Of a DNA stretch of 24,731 nucleotides, positions 23,449 through 24,731 are shown piece by piece. Location of the stretch: positions 1 through 24,731 of the IMG/VR virus record IMGVR_UViG_3300009435_000050. One strand, given 5' to 3'. The notes under the pieces are model-generated. The model was given only the letters and a program-made list of their open reading frames with translations. It made no database searches and had not been told where the DNA came from. The number at the start of each line of letters is the position of its first letter. Position 1 is the first letter of the stretch. Made by a program: the position numbers and the translations under genes. The DNA comes from a virus. Lineage: Duplodnaviria > Caudoviricetes.

Positions 23449-24731
23449 ATGTCACGTTTTGTAGCAGATGTGTGGGGCGTAGTAGCGCTAGCACTAAATC
23501 AAAAAGATTCAAAGGTTCGCAACGTAGCGACTAAGTCTCAAATCCTATTCCGTACAGCAGGTATCAACCATGCAACCACGGGCAAGATGAGCACTAAGCA
23601 AGCCGTAGTGAAAATCAACGCACTAGTTCAAATGCATGTTGAGGCATTCAGCCTTGGTGGTGGCGATGAAGACTTAGAATGTGTTCACGTTATCGTAGCG
23701 TACAAGTCCGATACCGATACACTCATGGTGTACGGGAACAGCGATGATACGCTAGGCGGTAAGCGCTTCGAGGAACTAAACGAATACTCTAAGGGTAGCG
23801 AGAAGAGATTCGGCAAATGGTATTTCAACATGGGGCAATTTCAAGATGCCGTTGAGTACATGCTAGACGCATCGTCAGCGCCCGAATTAATAGAGGCAGA
23901 AACCACAAAAATTGAAACCATGGGACAGACACCACAAGAGTTAATGATGCAGGCCATGAGCATGATGCAGCAAGGCGGCTCGATAGATGAGGCTGCCGTT
24001 GAGAAGATTGTAGACAAGCGTATCAAGGCTCAGTCTGCGACTAAGGTTGAAGTAGTGACAGCTAAGGCGGTCAAGAAAGTAGACAAGGCTCACAAGAACT
24101 TTGCTGATGCTGTTGCGCTTGTAGGCCTAGGTAAGAATGTCACGCTGATTGGCGAGGCAGGAAGTGGTAAGTCTTTCGGGGCTATCCAAATGGCTCGAGC
24201 GCTAGACCAAGAGTACGCTGTTGTATCATGTCACGGCAAGATGCAGTCGTTTGATTTGGTGGGCGCTATGTCCCCTACAACGGGCGATTACATTAGCACT
24301 TCGCTACGTGATGCATACGAGAATGGTAAGGTGCTCATCCTCGATGAGTTTGACCGCTCTAACAACGAGACTACCATTGCACTCAACGGAATCTTAGCAG
24401 GCGATTGCTACGGCTTTCCCGATGGTATGGTGCAGCGCCATGCAGACTTCAAGGTCATCGCATGTCAAAACACTTTCGGCACGGGTACATCTAAGGTGTA
24501 CGGCTCAGCTAAGCCGCAGGATGGCTCAACGCTCACACGATTCACACGTGTTCTGTGGGATATCGACAGCAAGCTAGAGAAAGCTATATGTGGGGATACC
24601 GCTGCAACGAATGCTGTGCAGCGCATCCGCTCTAATGCTCAAGGCCTTGGATATGACCAAGTGCTTATCACGCCTCGCCAAGCGATTGATGCTAACCAAA
24701 TGGTAGACAGCCTAGGTTGGTCAGTCAAGAA
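23449..24731 (+). CDS. MoxR/CobS-like AAA+ ATPase with long N-terminal extension, 3' truncated by window
   Basis: Not in ORF track. Open from ATG 23449 (MSRFVADVWG). Walker A GEAGSGKS (24151-24174), Walker B VLILDEFD (from 24331), FPDG...H.DF.VIAC.NT.G.G, STLTRF, TPR. Confidence 0.9.
   Translation, partial: MSRFVADVWGVVALALNQKDSKVRNVATKSQILFRTAGINHATTGKMSTKQAVVKINALVQMHVEAFSLGGGDEDLECVHVIVAYKSDTDTLMVYGNSDDTLGGKRFEELNEYSKGSEKRFGKWYFNMGQFQDAVEYMLDASSAPELIEAETTKIETMGQTPQELMMQAMSMMQQGGSIDEAAVEKIVDKRIKAQSATKVEVVTAKAVKKVDKAHKNFADAVALVGLGKNVTLIGEAGSGKSFGAIQMARALDQEYAVVSCHGKMQSFDLVGAMSPTTGDYISTSLRDAYENGKVLILDEFDRSNNETTIALNGILAGDCYGFPDGMVQRHADFKVIACQNTFGTGTSKVYGSAKPQDGSTLTRFTRVLWDIDSKLEKAICGDTAATNAVQRIRSNAQGLGYDQVLITPRQAIDANQMVDSLGWSVK

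Noticed and set aside
22897-24026. Minus-strand ORFs 22897-23280 and 23841-24026
   Set aside because: Antisense to the continuous plus-strand early operon and the AAA+ ATPase.

Overview
Part of a tailed dsDNA phage genome, most likely infecting a Bacteroidota (Flavobacteriia-type) host. The host call rests on repeated TAnnTTTG -7 promoter boxes, genes without Shine-Dalgarno sites, and the GroES-terminase-portal gene block. Positions 1-17.9 kb are a minus-strand late/structural operon: tandem-GroES co-chaperonin, small and large terminase, portal, then several fibre/adhesin genes (LamG, Ig-like, peptidase S74) and small basic or membrane proteins. Positions 18.0-19.8 kb hold a divergent winged-HTH-like gene and small membrane ORFs. 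A ~2 kb non-coding strand-switch region follows (19.8-21.8 kb), then a plus-strand early-like region ending in a truncated MoxR/CobS-type AAA+ ATPase. The most notable signals are non-coding: (i) a ~630-nt highly base-paired candidate large ncRNA ending in a tRNA-like module; (ii) a repeated, covarying three-way-junction plus hairpin leader at fixed spacing before three early genes; (iii) a ~95-nt promoter-to-terminator unit carrying a 14-nt match to the 16S anti-SD but no start codon; (iv) a canonical G-quadruplex motif. All protein calls come from motif recognition by eye, not database searches.
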